A stretch of 16,513 nucleotides of DNA from Helicobacter cinaedi CCUG 18818 = ATCC BAA-847. Its GTDB lineage: Bacteria > Campylobacterota > Campylobacteria > Campylobacterales > Helicobacteraceae. The notes below the pieces were generated by a model. It did not search any database, was not told the DNA's origin, and saw only the letters and a list, made by a program, of their open reading frames with translations. Shown piece by piece: positions 16,328-16,513 of the stretch (its first letter is position 1; each line of letters begins with the position of its first letter). The DNA is taken from contig NZ_DS990391.1 of the NCBI RefSeq assembly GCF_000155475.1, positions 50,621 to 67,133 on the forward strand, read 5' to 3'. A program made the position numbers and the translations under genes.

Positions 16328-16513
16328 TGCAAGATATTTCAAAGTCCTACCTTGAACGCGTTGTGGGGATTAAGCCTAGGCGTTATGGGCTAAAAAAGCA
16401 AAAAACTTTTCTCTATGGAGCAAGTGGAGTGGGGAAAAGCTCTCTGGCATTTTTACATAGTGCAAAATACAAAAAGACGCTTTATATTAATTGTGCGGAT
16501 TCTCGCATAGATA
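16326..16513 (+). CDS. P-loop NTPase, 5' portion only (AAA+/AAA_14-like ATPase; runs off window)
   Basis: 'TFLYGASGVGKSSLAF' is a Walker A placed about 30 aa from the N-terminus, as in AAA_14/COG1373-type ATPases. Translationally coupled to the AAA ATPase upstream. Truncated by the window end. Confidence 0.5.

Noticed and set aside
1-16513. Recurrent GATTC / CTAGATTCT strings throughout the window
   Set aside because: Short AT-rich word largely explained by frequent GAT-TCT (Asp-Ser) and AGA-TTC codon pairs and genome composition. No periodicity or spacer structure, and not a CRISPR or tandem array.

Overview
AT-rich (roughly 36-38% GC) epsilonproteobacterial window with Helicobacter-like flhA/DHH-phosphoesterase synteny, codon usage and long homopolymeric G/C tracts. 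Because it carries purN it looks enterohepatic rather than gastric, but this is inference only. There are three parts. (1) A left accessory-looking segment (1-1546) holds an Ala/Ser/Gly-rich hypothetical ORF and a degraded PD-(D/E)xK-nuclease / SF1-helicase remnant on the minus strand. The intergenic stretch contains a 15-bp perfect inverted repeat, a palindrome and a 29-codon sORF with a Shine-Dalgarno sequence. (2) A minus-strand flotillin/SPFH gene (1547-2947) is followed by a MarC-family membrane protein gene split into two frames by a 14-nt poly-G tract (poly-C on the + strand), a classic slipped-strand phase-variation signature. (3) From 3956 to the window end, eleven tightly packed co-directional plus-strand genes follow. 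They are flhA (TTG start), a DHH/DHHA1 NrnA-like phosphoesterase, an 88-aa hypothetical, purN, a cation:proton antiporter, an NSS-family Na+-dependent transporter, a family-5 periplasmic solute-binding protein, and a fused TMD-NBD exporter-type ABC protein. That ABC protein has a Lys-rich N-terminus, a G11 tract just before its stop, and a tail that is short compared with canonical exporters. It is followed by a classic-clade AAA ATPase with a roughly 340-aa helical N-terminal domain, translationally coupled (TAATG) to a second P-loop ATPase that runs off the window. No rRNA, tRNA, CRISPR array or recognisable IS element was seen. The most interesting items are the phase-variable marC-like gene, the uncharacterised AAA + P-loop ATPase pair downstream of the G-tract-bearing ABC exporter, the nuclease-helicase wreck with its structured intergenic repeats, and a 12-bp inverted repeat pair flanking the flotillin gene.
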